From: Vicugna vicugna
Taxonomy: Eukaryota
Reading direction: 5' to 3'
DNA: 64,000 nucleotides
NCBI GenBank assembly: GCA_013265495.1
Contig: MU058570.1
Location: 1 to 64,000, forward strand
The number at the start of each line of letters is the position of its first letter. Positions within the stretch are counted from its first letter, which is position 1. Below the pieces are notes generated by a model. It did no database searches and was not told where the DNA came from. It worked only from the letters and a program-made list of their open reading frames with translations. Shown here one piece after another: positions 39,261 to 52,559 of the stretch. The translations under genes and the position numbers were made by a program.

Positions 39261-41213
39261 AGTTCTCCCAGGTGTCCTCGAAGGGGATCAGTGCATAGGT
39301 GTTCACCTCAGTTTTTTGTGATGCTGGACAATCAGGGGTGATCTAGGTATTCATTTTTAGGTGAAGCAATATATTGCATGAGGAGGAAGCTCGTGAAATC
39401 CCGTGCAGCGTGGACAGACCTCCGTAATATCGTATTAAGTAAAAAGGAAACAGGATTAGACCTAGACAGAGCACATTCATTTATGTAAATTAAAAAGCAC
39501 ATGCACACAGAACTACCAACCTGACTTATAAATTATATTTATACACAGCTTATGCATGAACTATATATTTTATAAATGATATGTTGTTAACGATCAAAAG
39601 GACAGATACAGATATAGATCAAAAAAAGGGAATGGTTGCCTATCAAGGGAGAAAAATGGGAGTGGAAAATGCCTATGAAAGAGAATGAGTAATGAAAATT
39701 AGGAACTAGGTTTGGATCATGAGCAAAAAACTGATGACATCGTGGCCTGAGCCAAGAAATGTGATTAGCTCTGCCCTCTGTACCTGGGGGTTAAAAAAAA
39801 GCCCCAAACTATGAAACACATTTAGGGATGATCATTTGTTTTACACAATGGGTTCATTTATCATAGGATCACAAGATTCCCTTATCTATTTAGACTATTT
39901 TGTTTAAAAAAAAATGAGGTTTCCAGACGATTACATTATGCATTTTTCAAATAGAGGTACTCCCACATGCCTTTGGGGAGGTTTAGGCTTTTTTTTTTGA
40001 AAAACAGCTATATATCAGATGTGTTTGTGATCTTTGTCTTAAAAAGGAACTTTGGTCTAATGTTTAAAGCAGATGGTCTCCAGAGTAGGCGTGTGGACCT
40101 CAGAACTAGTCATGGCCATCCACCAGAGATGGAAGGAAATGTTAGATATTTACTTAATGTTTATCTTACAAACTGAGAGGAAGTTTTATGCTATTTACTC
40201 TATGATGGAAGCAGCTGCTCTTTCTGTTTCTGTACCTCCGATTGTCCCAGGTTGGATGCCACACACAGGCCCCTAAGGAACCCTGGAAGAGCTGGTGTAA
40301 GATTCTCCTTCACTCTTGCTGTGGGATGTAGGTACGTTGCCCAGTTAGATTGTCTGGTTCTGTCAAGATTCCCTCTTACAAAATGGCCGTAGAAGATTCC
40401 TGCAAGAAGACAATGGAGCGAGGATAAAGTTAACCATGCAAGCCCAGGGAACGACCAGAAAATGTCAGAGATGACCTTCTTCCCAACCCTGATACAAATC
40501 CTTCATCAGCCACATTGATGAGTAAAAACAGAGACAGTCTAATCAGACCTGATGGAAAATCAGCAACAAATATTTAAATAATCAAGACGATGACCTGAAG
40601 AATGGATTTACAGTCACTCTTAATCTCCATGAAGAGTGTATTATGCTGAGATACTGGCTCATGAAAACATGAAACCATCATGATTATCAGGATGTTTGAA
40701 AACTAAACAAGACTCTGGATACAAGGATAGACCTTTGTCAGGTCTTCAGTAATGTTTAAAGTGAGAGAATATTTAATCCACTGCCTTTGAAAAACCTCAC
40801 TGGACTTAATGATAAATTTTAAAACTTCTGTCAAGGTTTCTCATTTCATTGCAGTAGATCAAAAAAATCACATTTGAAAAACACTTATTTTTCCCCTGTT
40901 GGGGAAAAAATGACTGAAATGAGATATTTAAACGACAACAACAACATGGCAACAAACTAAAATATATTCAAATCCTGGTGAGCATTTGAAGCCTGCAAGC
41001 ATTAGAACAAATTAATTAGTTGAGGGGATTTATTATACAATTAGATGAAAGTACAGATGTCCCCAACAGATCTCAGCTTACAGTATTTGTTACACTCTAT
41101 GAATAATAAAACATATCTTAAAAATTTTTTTTTGTGAATGAGCTACAAAAAAAATGTCCTGGAGAAGATGCACTCAGCAATAAATGACATCTTTAATAAA
41201 ATAGCATCTTATG

Positions 41214-41370
41214 AGAGGAGAGTATAGCTCAAGTGGTAGAGCACATGCTTAGCATCCATGAGGTCCTGGATTCAATCCCCAGTACCTCTTCTAAAATAAA
41301 CAAACAAACAAACAAACAAACAAACAAACAAACCAAATTACCTTCCCCTACCCAACAACAACAAAAAAAG
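41214..41370 (+). mobile_element. tRNA-derived camelid SINE with (AAAC)n tail
   Basis: tagctcaagtggtagagcac...ggattcaatccccagtacc; TSD tagcatcttatg at 41202-41213 and 41371-41382. Confidence 0.9.
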
Positions 41371-42064
41371 TAGCATCTTATGGGAAGACTGTGTAAGGTA
41401 CAGCCTGGGAGAAAGCTGCTGCTTTAGCCAGAATTAAATTTTTGTTAATAAAAGAAATTATGGGGTCAGGCTTACAAATAGAACACCTCACTTGGAGACA
41501 AGTAACTGAGGCATGGAGGTTGACATCACATGTATCAAGGGCTGCTGTATGTCACCGAGGTGGAGAATTTTATAAAAACAAGAACTTTACACTTTCAATT
41601 TGAGCGAACATGAAATTTTTGTATCACAGTGGTTGCCTCATAACAAGATACTTAAAAGACTTGTCAAACCAACCATTTCCTTGTTCAAGGTGCTCCAAAT
41701 TGGCTAGCACTTTCTATGATGACAAGTGGCACCCAACAGTATGCTTGCCAGTGGATATTATTAAGCTACGTAAATAATTTTTTTAAACAGTCTTAGTCAC
41801 ATGTTGTACCTGATTATACTTCAATTTTAAAAAGTAAAGTAAAAAAAATAAAAATACTCTTGGTCTATAAGGTAAAAATACAGTTGTAACTGGGAGTGAG
41901 AAAATAACTCTTATAAAAAGAAAATTGTGTATTGGAGGAGGCATTTTTAAAACTGATGTTTGGAAATGTTCCCCTCATTATGTGACTTCATTCCTGAAAA
42001 CCATCTAAGAGTGACAGCTACAGAAACCCCTCTGTCTGTATGCTTTAAAACCTTAGAAGTAGCA

Positions 42065-43040
42065 AGAAAATGAAAAGACAACCCAAAGGATAAGGAAAAA
42101 TATTTGCAAATCATACATCTGATATCATATAACATACTAAGAATGCTTACAATTCAACAATGAAAAGACAAACAACCCAATTTAAAAATGGGCAAAAGAC
42201 TTGAATAGGCATTTCTCCAAACAAATAATCAAGTGCCCAATAAGCCCAGGAAAACATATTGAACATCATTAGTAATTAGGGAAATGCAAATCAAAACCAC
42301 AGTGAGGTACTGTTTCACATCCACCAGGGTGTCCGTAATCAAGAAGACAGACAATAATAAGTGTTGACAAAATGTGGAGAAATTGGACATGTTGCTGAAA
42401 TTGCCTCATATGTTGCTGGTGGAATATAAAATTGTGCAGCCTCTTTGGAAAACAGTTGGGCAGTTCTTTCCCCAAAAAGATAAAACATAAAGTTACCATA
42501 TGGCCCAGCAATTCTACTCGTAGGTATATGCCCATGAGAAATGAAAATGTGTCCACACAGAAGATTGTACATGAATGTTCATAGCATAATAGCCAAAAGT
42601 GGAAACAACCCAAATGTCCATTGCTGATAATGGATTTTTTAAATGTGATATATCAATATCATGAAATTTTTTTGGCCATAAAATTGAATGATGCATGATG
42701 TAACATGAATGAACCTTGAAAACACTACGCTAAGTGGAAGAAGCCAGTCACAAAACACCACACGTTGTATGCTTCCACTTATATGGAGTGTCCAGAACAG
42801 GTAAATCCATAGAGACAGAAAGAAGATGAGTGGTTGTCTAGGGTGTGGGGGAGGGGAGGAAGGAGGGGTGGCTGCTATGGGAACAGGGTTTCTCTTTGGG
42901 GTGATGAAAAGATTCTAAATCGATTGTGGTGAGGGTTGTACAACTCTGTGAATATACTAAAACCTATTAAAATGTGTACTTTAAATGGGTGAATTGTATG
43001 GTAGGTGAACTATATCTCAATAAAGCTGATACTAAAAAAA
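42065..43040 (+). mobile_element. L1MB-like 3' end nested in Charlie7
   Basis: gggaaatgcaaatcaaaaccacagtgag...tatatctcaataaagctg. Confidence 0.9.
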
Positions 43041-44078
43041 TCCTCTCCACCCTGTTTGTAAAATTTCTAAACAATGCATACGTAAAAGCAATCCAATTAG
43101 TTTTAAGAACTTCGATGATCAATGCAAGAAAGGTAGGAATTTAGCTACCAGATTTCAGTGGGGGTCCTTGTATAATCAGTAGACATAACTGAAAGATAGG
43201 CAATAAGGCTTAGTGAAGGCCTAGTACATACCATCAACCATGAGTGGCTTCCACTTGGACCCAGTGTATCTTCTTTATGTGTGGCAGCCATTAAACCCAA
43301 GTATCCAAATAAACTGGACTTAACCTGGGCCTTTGAATCACCCCATCACTCAGAGCGGAGCCAAGATGTCAAACAAAAATAAAAGATATTCAAACACTTT
43401 CCCTCACTGAGGAAAAACTGTTTTTTGACTCTTAATAAATGTTATTTCAAAATATTATTTAATTTATCTCTTTAGTCTTTATTTTGCATACAGTTTTAGC
43501 ATACAAAATATACTAACACAGTTGTGTTTGGAGAAAATGAAATGTATACCTACTTTGGGGGTACATGCCCCAAACCTTTCTGCTGACATGATCAGAAAAT
43601 GTAAGGACCCAGGTTTGGAAGAGGAAGCTGAGGTTGGAAAGCTGGGAGAGCCTGCCTTCCCTCGACCTATGCATGATTCTGAACAGTCACAGTGTGACTT
43701 TGAGAGCCCAAGCAGCACTCAGTCTGCCCTGAGAAGGAGGTCCCAGCAGAGGCCAGCTGCCTGATGTGGCTGTCCCCATCTCCTGGCAGAGCCTCAAGGC
43801 CAGCCTGTGGGTCATGTCCCACATGCACACACCAACCAGCTTGAAACTGCTTCCTTCCAGAAGCAGGAAGTGAGCAGGGAGGCAGGGTAATGCTGGTTAT
43901 AGCAGGCATTGTGCCTTATAGGGCACCCACAGTAGACAAAAAAGAAACACCAGGACTAGCAGGGACCCCCAAACAGCCCATCCCTTTTCTGTAGGGCTAT
44001 CACCTCTGCCCTTTTGAAGGGCCTCGAGATCCCACGAGGTTGGAGTCCAGCTCTGCACAAGGAGCTTCGCCTCTGCAC

Positions 44079-44336
44079 CTGTAGTTCTTGTGTGCAGAGT
44101 GCGTGGGCCCTTCACAGGTCCCGGTGAGGATTAAGAGAGAGAGTCGTTGTATGAATCTGAATTTTCCCAAAAAGAGTCTGGCCATGCTCATGAGTACATC
44201 AGGGTACCAGCTCAACAGCCAATTGAGATTTCTTAGGGGTCTTCCTGACGAGTCCCTTTCATTTGGACTCCGATGGAAAAGCATCCAGAAATATCTCATG
44301 CCTTCCTGAGTATTCCTCTAATGTTGTTCTCAAATA
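44079..44336 (-). pseudogene. Exon remnant, 258 nt: YLRTTLEEYSGRHEIFLDAFPSESK*KGLVRKTPKKSQLAVELVP*CTHEHGQTLFGKIQIHTTTLSLNPHRDL*RAHALCTQELQ (ancestral frame uncertain)
   Basis: cctgtcatgtag|...CAG|gtgcag; length is a multiple of 3; all three stops in the propagated frame are TGA (CGA>TGA type). Confidence 0.5.
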
Positions 44337-44568
44337 CTACATGACAGGTGTTTCTGACATCCTGGGGACAGGCACAACATAGACTCACAGATAATCACAC
44401 CTGAAAGGAAATTCAGCCATCTATTTCTAACTCACCATTTCACGTGGGGGGAAATTGGGGCCCACGGATAGACAATATCTTGCCCAAGTTCACAAGCTAC
44501 GTAGACACAAAAGACATTTTTCATGATACAGACCAATGTTCCTGAAATGGCTGGCAATTATGAATTAT

Positions 44569-47500
44569 GGGAGGAGTGGCCAAGATGGCAGAGTAGGAAC
44601 CCCTGAGATCAATTCTTTCCTCAGGCACACTAGGGGTGCAACCATTAACAGAACCATTATCTATGAGAATGATCTGAAGGCTAGCAGAAAAGATTTTTCC
44701 ACAATTAAAGATGTAAAGAAGAAACCACAATGGAAAAGGTAGGAGAGGCGGAGTCATTGTATAGTTAAGACCCACAGCCCCAGGTAGGAGACCCACAAAT
44801 GGGAGGGTAATCACAATTTTAGAGATTCTACCCAAAGAGTGAGGGATCTGAGCCCCACAATGGGCTCCCCAGCTTGGAGATTCTATACCAGGAAGATAAG
44901 CCCCTAGAACATTTGGCTTTGAAGACCAGAAGGGCTTGCATACAGGCAAGCCAAAGGGTTATGGGAAATAGAGACTCTGCCCCTCTTAAAGAGTACAAAC
45001 GAAGACTCACACCATCTGAGTCTCAGTGCAGAGGCAGTAATTTGGACAAAGCCTGGCTCAGACCCTCTTGCTGATCTTGGAGATGCTCTCAGCAGGGCAG
45101 GGGGCAACTGGGACTCCCCATGGGGACATAGATGCTGGTGGCAGCCATTTGGGGGAGCTCATTCTACCACAAGGACACTGGTGCTAGCAGACACTATTTG
45201 AAGTCCTCCCTCTAGCTTATTAGCACCAAGGCCTTATCCATCCACCAGCAAGCTGACAGCAGCCCTGGGATCCCTGGGTACTTCACCAGCCACCCCAGGG
45301 CCTGGCCCACTTACCAGTGAGCCCAACCCATGAAGAAAGGACTAGCATCCAACAGGGCCAGGTCATGGCCCAACCTACCAGGACACCCACAGTGGTTGGC
45401 CTGGCCACAAAAGAAGGGCACATGCAGCCCACCTAGGGGACACTCCTAGAGCATACAGTTCCAGTAACCACAGGAAGTGTGCTACTGGGCCCCATAGGAT
45501 GTCTCCTACATAAGGCCACTTCTACAAGATAGGGAAACATACCAGACCTACCGAATATATAGAAACAGAATCAGGCAAACTAAGGAGACAGAAAAATGTA
45601 TTCCAAACAAGGAAACAAGATAAAACCCCTGAAGAACTAAGAGAAGTGGAGACAGGCAATCTACCTGATAAAAAGTTCAAGGTAATGATCATAAAGATGC
45701 TCAATGAATTCAGGAAAAGAATAAATGAAAACAATGACAATATCAATAAAGAGTTAGAAAATATAGAGGAAACAGAGCTGAAGAATATAATAACTGCAAT
45801 AAAAAAATACAATAGAAGGAATCAATAGTAGATATAACAACTGTAAATATATATGCACCCCACATAAGAGCACCTAAATACATAAAACAAATGTTCACAG
45901 ACATTAATGGAGAAATTGACAGTAACACAATCATAATAAGGGACATTAACATGTTAATGGATCAATGGACAGATCGCCCAGACAGAAAATCAATAAGGAA
46001 ACTTTGTCATTAAATGATATATTAGATCAGATAGACTTAATAGATGTTTATAGAATATTCCATCCAAAAGCACAGAATACATGTTCTTTTTAAGTGCACA
46101 TGCACATGAAACATCCTAGAGGATATATTACATGCTAGGCTACAAAACAAGTCTCAGTAAATTGAAGAAGATTGAAATCATATCAAGTAACTTTTCCATC
46201 CACAGTGTTATAAGACTAGAAATCAATGACAAGAAAAAACTGTAAAAAACACAAACATGTGGAGGCTCAACAATAAACTAAACAATGAGTCACTAAAGAA
46301 ATCAAAGAGGAAATCAAAAAACACCTGGCCATATGAAAATGAAAACACAACAATCAAAAATCTATGAGACACAGTGAAAGCAGTTTTAAGAGAAAAGTTT
46401 ATATTATAGCAATACAAGCCTACTTCAGGAAACAAACAAACAAACAAAAAACGCAAATAAACAACCTAAACTTACACCAAAAAGAACTGAAAAAAAAAAG
46501 AATAAACAAAACCCAAACTTAGCAGAAGGAAATAAATCATAAAGATCAGAGTAGAGATAAATGAAACAAAGACTAAAAAAAATCAATAGAAACGATCAAT
46601 GAAACTAAGGGCTGGTTCTTTGAAAAGATAAACAAAATGATAAACCTTTAGCCAAACTCATGAAGAAAAAAGAGAGAGGACCAAAATCAATAAAATCAGA
46701 AATGAAAAAGGAGAAGTTACAACTGACACCACAAAAATACAAAGGATCATAAGAGATTACTGTGAACAATTTTATGTCAATAAAATGGATAACCTAGAAG
46801 AAATGGACAGATCCCTAGATATGTACAATCTCCCAAGACTGAATCAGGAAGAAATATAAAATATCAACAGATCAATTACCAGTAATGAAATTGAATCAGT
46901 TGAAAAAAAAAAAATCCCAACAACAACAAAAAAGTTCAGGACTGGGTGTTTTCACAGGTGAATTCTACCAAACATTTAAATAAGAGTTAACACTGATCCT
47001 TCTCAAACTATTCCAAAAAATCACAGAAGGAATACTTCTGAACTCATTCCATGAGGCCAGCATCACCCTGATACCAAAACCAGAAAAAGATGCCACATAT
47101 AGGTCAATATCACTGATAATCATCAATACAAAAATCCTTTAAAAAACAAAACAGTTGACCCTTTTACAACACAGGAATTGGGGGCACCAACCCTTTGTGT
47201 GGTCAAAAAAGCTGTGTATAATTCAATTAACTGAGCATCATGTGGTACCATAATACATACTTATTGAAAATAAATCCATATATAAGTGGACCCAGGCAGT
47301 TCAAACCTGCATTGTTCAAGGGTCAACTGTATTAATTAGCAAACTGAATTCAATAATACATTAAAAGGATCAGACATCATGATCAAGTGGAATTTATTTC
47401 AGGGAGGCAAGGATGGTTTAACGTCCACAAATCAATCCATGTGATACACCACACTAACAAAATGGAGAATAAAAGCCACATGATCATCTCAACAGACAGA

Positions 47501-48467
47501 GAAAAGGCTTTTGACAAAATTCAATATCCATTTATAATAAAAATTCCCAACAAAGTTGGTATAGAAGAAACAACTCAACATAATAAAAGACATGTACGAC
47601 AAACCAAAAGCCACCATCACATTCAGCAGTGAAAAGCATTTCCTCTAAGACCAGGAACAAGACAAGGATACCCACCCTTGACACTTCTATTCAATGTAGT
47701 ATTGGAAGTCCTAGCCACAGTAATAAGACAAGGAAATGAAATAAAAGGAATCCAAATTGAAAAGGAAGAAGTAAAATGGTCACTGTTTGAAGGTGACATG
47801 ACACAATATATGGGAAATCCTAAGGACACCCAAAAACTATTAGAAGTAGTAAATGAATTCAGTAAATTTGCAAGATACAAAATTAATATACAGAAATCTA
47901 TGTGTTTCTAAATGCTAACAACAAACTATCAGAAAGAGGAGTTAAGAAAGCAATCCCATTTACCATCGTATCAAAAAGAATAAAGTACCTAGGAGTAAAT
48001 CTTACCAAGGAGGTAGAAGATCTTTATTTGAAAAACTATAAGACATTGATGAAAGGAATTGAAGCCAACACAAATGGAAAGATATACCATACTCATAGAT
48101 TGGAAGAAGTAATATTGCTAAAATGACCATACTACCCTAGGCAGTCTACAGATTTAATGCAATCCCCCATCAGCATACTAATGGCATTTTTTACAGAATC
48201 AGAACAAATCATTCTAAACTTTGTATGGAAACACAAAAGACCCTGAAGAGCCAAAACAATCTTGGGAAAGAAGAAAAATGCTGGAGGTATCACATGCCTT
48301 GATTTTAAACTATACTACAAAGCTACAGTAATCAAAACAGTGTGGTATTGATTTTGGCACAAAAACGGACACACAGATCAATGGAACAGAATGGGATGGA
48401 AATAAATCCACAGTTATATGGTCAATTAACCTATAACAAAGGAGGCAAGAATATACACCAAGGGAAA
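44569..48467 (+). mobile_element. L1 with 5' UTR, partial ORF1, internal deletion and most of ORF2; 3' end missing
   Basis: ccaagatggcagagtagg start; ORF1 LPDKKFKVMIIKMLNE; ORF2 [32 protein letters not shown] motifs. Confidence 0.95.
47152..47329. mobile_element. Tigger2/MER8-type MITE inserted in L1 ORF2
   Basis: TIRs cagttgaccctt...aagggtcaactg followed by TA. Confidence 0.85.
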
Positions 48468-49210
48468 GTCAGCTAAGATTTGAGATATTTGCTACAGAAC
48501 AATAGGTAACTAATGCAATGGCCTATTCAAGAGTGGAGGGGGTAGGTCTTCACAATGTCTGCCCAGCAGGAGTTCAAATATGCTGTGTGCCCACCCCTCT
48601 TCAACTTGTGCCCGGTTCTATATGCCCACCGCTCTTCACCTGGGTGGGTGTGACCTTGTACTGCGGTTATCCTGTTCCCATCCCACCAGTGTACATGCAG
48701 TTCATGAGGACATGGTAGGGGATGGGGAGGGAAGGACATACATCACCTCAGTTCTCAGGGTGTCAAGACAGGGAGTGGCCACTTGTACACAGATGGGGAG
48801 ACTGCACATCACTGGAGTGTGACTGCTGACCTGGACACAGAGGCTGGGCGGTGTTAAGCTGTGTTTCCCTTGAGGAGGAATGAGTGTGGGAGAAAGAATG
48901 AAACAGTTGTTTGATGACCAGAAAGATTCCAGGCCCGGCCCCTAAAACGTCTCCTAACCATTCTTGTTACTACCCTCTTCCCTCACCAGCTGTCCGTATG
49001 CAGTGGAGCTGGTGCAGGACTCAGAGGCCCAGGGAGTGCAGAGAGCCCCAGACAGAAGGGGCCTGGTCAGCGCGCACACACACACACACACACACGCACG
49101 CACACACACGCTGGGCTACAGAGTAAGACAGAAATAGGCTTTTATTTTTATTCTGTTAAGCCACTGAAATTAGATGTTCATTCGAGCACCTAGCCTACCC
49201 TTACCAAAAC
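48468..49210 (+). mobile_element. MLT1 (MaLR) LTR and internal fragments, including a (CA)n tract
   Basis: LTR tails atttgctacagaacaataggtaactaatgca and gttaagccactgaaatt...ccttaccaaaaca. Confidence 0.6.
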
Positions 49211-50228
49211 AAATTTAACTCGTCTGCTCTAAACCGCAATTCTACTGAGAGTCGGCACCAAATACTTCACAAATATATGAAAGGAATCCTGGAGTTATGG
49301 CAACCCACATTTGTCATCTCTGACAACAACTCCCGTGATACTTAGTTCCAGTATTTAAAACCAGCAGAATGCAAACCATCTCTCCAGGCTGGCTTTTGTC
49401 TTGACTCACTACAACTTCCCTGAGTGACACAATTAGTCACGCTTCACTGCAAGGCTGTTTGCAATTTACGGCGCAGCTTTCCCAGCATTCGGCACATGCA
49501 AATCTGAGTGCCTTCTGCCTCTGACAATGTGTCTCTCAGAGGCTTACTATATGGGAGGGTTAGTTTTTTGCTTGGAGGAGCCATAAAGATGACAGAATCA
49601 GGAGCTCTCCTCCATCATAAAAGCCACTGACCCCTCCCTGCCACCCTGAGCACGCACATTTGCAATAGGATTTTTTTCTTTCTTTCACAAACGGGGACTC
49701 TGACAATTGGAGATTTTCTCCAGGCCATGCAACAGTTAAGTGATTAGATCTTGATTTCAGTCTGGCCTGTCTCCCTCCCAAGCAGAGTGTGTTTCTCCTC
49801 TGTAGCCACAAATTCAGAGATGGCACAGTCGTTGGCCACTTGACACCACATCACTCAGCCTCCACACCCAGCTGGAGCTACATTTCTGAGTTGGGCTGGT
49901 CTCCCGGAGGCAGAGCTGCTCAGTTCTCTGACTCTGCAGTGATGATGGGCAAACCAAGAATTTCAAATTGGCTCCCTGCCACACTCCTGCACTGTCATCA
50001 GGTGGGAGGTGGCCACACACCAAAAGAGAGCCCACTGGGTGAGTTCAGTGGTGCCTGGCGTGTCCTCTCCCTTCTGCATCAGCAGCAGGAGAGAAGCCCT
50101 CAAAATGGTCTGAAATGACTGCCTCCTTCCTTCTCCTACCACCCCTCCCCCTTGCTGTCTTTTGGCTGACCCCTCCCCTGCCTCAGGTCCTCAATTCATC
50201 CACCCTAAGCCTGAGTCTACTCCCCCGC

Positions 50229-50312
50229 CCATGGCCGTCTCCTGCAATGTTCAAGGCGATCAAAGTCTTCACTGAGTCTTAAACCTGGTTTTGAAATCCA
50301 TTAACTCAAAAC
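50229..50312 (-). pseudogene. Exon remnant, 84 nt: VLS*WISKPGLRLSEDFDRLEHCRRRPW
   Basis: cttttcctag acceptor; degenerate donor TGG|gcgggg; phase 0-0. Confidence 0.45.
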
Positions 50313-51296
50313 CTAGGAAAAGCTGCCCTTGGCACTTGGTGGCAGAGGTAAGCGCCCACCATCTTCTTCCTCCACCTTGATGAGCTGGAGAGGTGCCATG
50401 AGACAGGTCACCACGTGTAGGGACAGGGATGGAAGGGTCAGTCCCTAGCAGCAGAGCAGATTTCTCCCGGGGGCATCCGCCTCCCACCCTCTCTGGGCCC
50501 TGGCCCCGAGCAGCTCTCCCCTGAATCACATCCTTGAACTTCCCTGTGGATTCCGGCCGGGGCTCTTAGAGCCTCAAACAGCAAACCCCTTTTCCAAGCA
50601 TCAGTGGAGCACCAGGCGCAGCACAGGACATACACCAACCCGCACATTGCGCAGCAGGAACATGCCGGGCCCTCCACACACCGCAGGCCTGAATGAGCAG
50701 TGGGTCTCCTCTGACATTTGGCTGTGACCCTGCTCCTCCCCTAGGCCAGGGCAGAGGGTGCTCTCGAAATGGACATTAGTCTGTGCTGTTGACAGAAGCC
50801 GTCCACAGTAGCAGGTGACTGCATGTCAGCTTTCCCCAGGGTGGGGGTCTGTACAGGGCACATGAAGACCAGCCTTTCCCCTCCCATCATTACAGCACTA
50901 CACAGAGCACCCACCTTCTCTTCTCTCCTGCGGGTGAATTAAGTACTGTTCTCAAAGTCTGGGGGAGGAGCTTTACCAGGAAGACTCAGCAGGCACTTGC
51001 AGTGTCACAGGATCTAGGGCAAGATTTTTTTTTTCCAGTGAAAAGGCTGTAGCCATTTATTCCTGGTCACACTCCTGCTGAACAACCAAACATCGCTGCT
51101 GCCTTCAGGGAACCACATGATAAGTGATACTCTCAAAGAGCTCTTGCTGGATCCTCTGCAGTTCTATACACAAAAATTCTAATTAATTGTCCTCTAGGTC
51201 CTCCAGCAACAGGGATGGCGCATCTTGCCCCAGTGATGACTGCCCAGTGACAATGCTAATTAAGGACAGGGCGCTAAGAATATCTAAAGATCCCAC

Positions 51297-51400
51297 CGAT
51301 TCGTCAGTGAGTCCTTTCTAAAGACTTTTTGTTGAGTAAGTAGGACTTTTCAGTCACTTTCCAACTCTCTGGACTGCGGTCCAAAGATGAACTGGGTCCA
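51297..51400 (-). pseudogene. Exon remnant, 104 nt: DPVHLWTAVQRVGK*LKSPTYSTKSL*KGLTDES
   Basis: ccctccctccccaacag|...TCG|gtggga; 92-nt upstream intron; phase 1 to 0. Confidence 0.55.
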
Positions 51401-51492
51401 CTGTTGGGGAGGGAGGGAGGGGTAGGTGGGGGACTGGTAATACTCTCCCTCTGTCAGCACGACAAGCCTCTCTTGGACAGTCAGTCCCTCAC

Positions 51493-51556
51493 TGTGGCTG
51501 AGGGACTTCGAGACAGGTAAGAAAAGCCCGGGGAAGTTGAACAGCTATTCCAAGAT
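51493..51556 (-). pseudogene. Exon remnant, 64 nt: ILE*LFNFPGLFLPVSKSLSH(M)
   Basis: ctttctttcag|...ACA|gtgagg; an alternative open frame LGIAVQLPRAFLTCLEVPQP also exists. Confidence 0.55.
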
Positions 51557-51665
51557 CTGAAAGAAAGCTGAGGGGTGAATCCAGAAGTAAGCCCAAGGTC
51601 CAAGGTCAGGCCAAGGCATCTCTCTCTCTGTCCAAGGTGGATTTGCTTAGAAGAGCTGCGTTTGC

Positions 51666-51744
51666 CAAGGGGGAGACTGGAGGTGGTGCTCAGGGCCCAG
51701 GTTCTTGACAGGAGAGCTCCAGAGAGGACCTCTTCCCATGGATG
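51666..51744 (-). pseudogene. Exon remnant, 79 nt: IHGKRSSLELSCQEPGP*APPPVSPL
   Basis: gcttctctgcag acceptor; donor degenerate (TTG|gcaaac); phase 2 to 0. Confidence 0.4.
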
Positions 51745-52350
51745 CTGCAGAGAAGCCCCGAGATCTTGGTCGCTGAGCACCACTCTCACCACCACCACCA
51801 CTTGCAGAAGTCTGAGAGCAGTCTGGGGGCCACCCCTCTGAGACTCAGCTCTCGTCCCCTCTGTGCCTCCTCCTGTGGCCCTGGAGCTCCTGCTGGGTGG
51901 GACAAGCATGGACATGGCCCCCGAGCAACCTCGGGGTTGTCTTTTCCAAGGAAGGGGCGACTCTAGTGTGTGTTAAGCTTATGGCTTCAGGTGAACCGGA
52001 GCGCCCTGGTATAACCACAACAAGCAAAGTGAGGAAAGGGGCTGTGGCTTCCACTCTCAGCTGTAATTAAATTGGAAACAATGGAGAGTTTTTATAATGA
52101 GCCTGTCTCATTTCTTGGCCTTGTGATACAGGTCTGGCAAGAAACCTGTTGATCAGGAAAAGCAACTATGCTAATGATAGCTTATTGGATCAAACTCCCT
52201 TGTCCCCAGATGCCAGATCTCTCACCTGACCTGAGCATCCTGCCTGAAATGTTTCATGGTGGAGAGGTCACTTAACCCGTCTGGGGTCACTGACACAGAG
52301 GGAGCACTAAGTAATTTACTTCTTTATCAAATGCTTATGTAGCAATTATA

Positions 52351-52410
52351 TAACACTAAGTTTACATAACACTAAGTTTACGTAGCACTAAGTTTACATG
52401 GCACTTACGT
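52351..52410. repeat. 16-bp minisatellite (taacactaagtttaca), about 3.5 copies
   Basis: Direct reading. Confidence 0.85.
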
Positions 52411-52559
52411 AACAACAATGTTTCACATCTCATCGAAGCACTTCACATGCACTAATTCCTTAAGCCTTGAAAGAATCCTACTGGGTAGATCTGATTATTG
52501 CCTCCATTTAAAAAATAATGGCTCCCTTCTCACCACTCCTTTCCAATGTTGTACTAGAA

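Larger units (their letters stand above)
37000..39700 (+). mobile_element. Decayed old L1 fragments interrupted by MIR, SINE and MLT1
   Basis: ttatttgcagacaatagg (LFADD-like), gacaaatgtgactacattgaaattaagga. Confidence 0.7.
40070..43612 (+). mobile_element. Near-complete decayed hAT-Charlie transposon (Charlie7-like) with nested SINE and L1
   Basis: Transposase motifs E-N-MKPS (40660-40680), FIIQLDESTDV..SQL.VFV (about 41028-41090), IKPKYPNKL (about 43290); Charlie7-like termini near 40070 and 43610. Confidence 0.8.

Noticed and set aside
40236..40399. Open 164-nt exon-like segment on minus (GIFYGHFVRG...GQSE) with a strong acceptor
   Set aside because: It lies inside the 5' part of the Charlie7-like element, and including it breaks the phase chain between the 44-kb and 36-kb exons.
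51481..51915. 144-aa minus-strand ORF as a single-exon gene
   Set aside because: It reads through two exon remnants and a short intron with clear splice signals, and has low-complexity composition.
52351..52410. CRISPR-like repeat array
   Set aside because: Head-to-tail 16-bp minisatellite with no spacers, in a mammalian genome.
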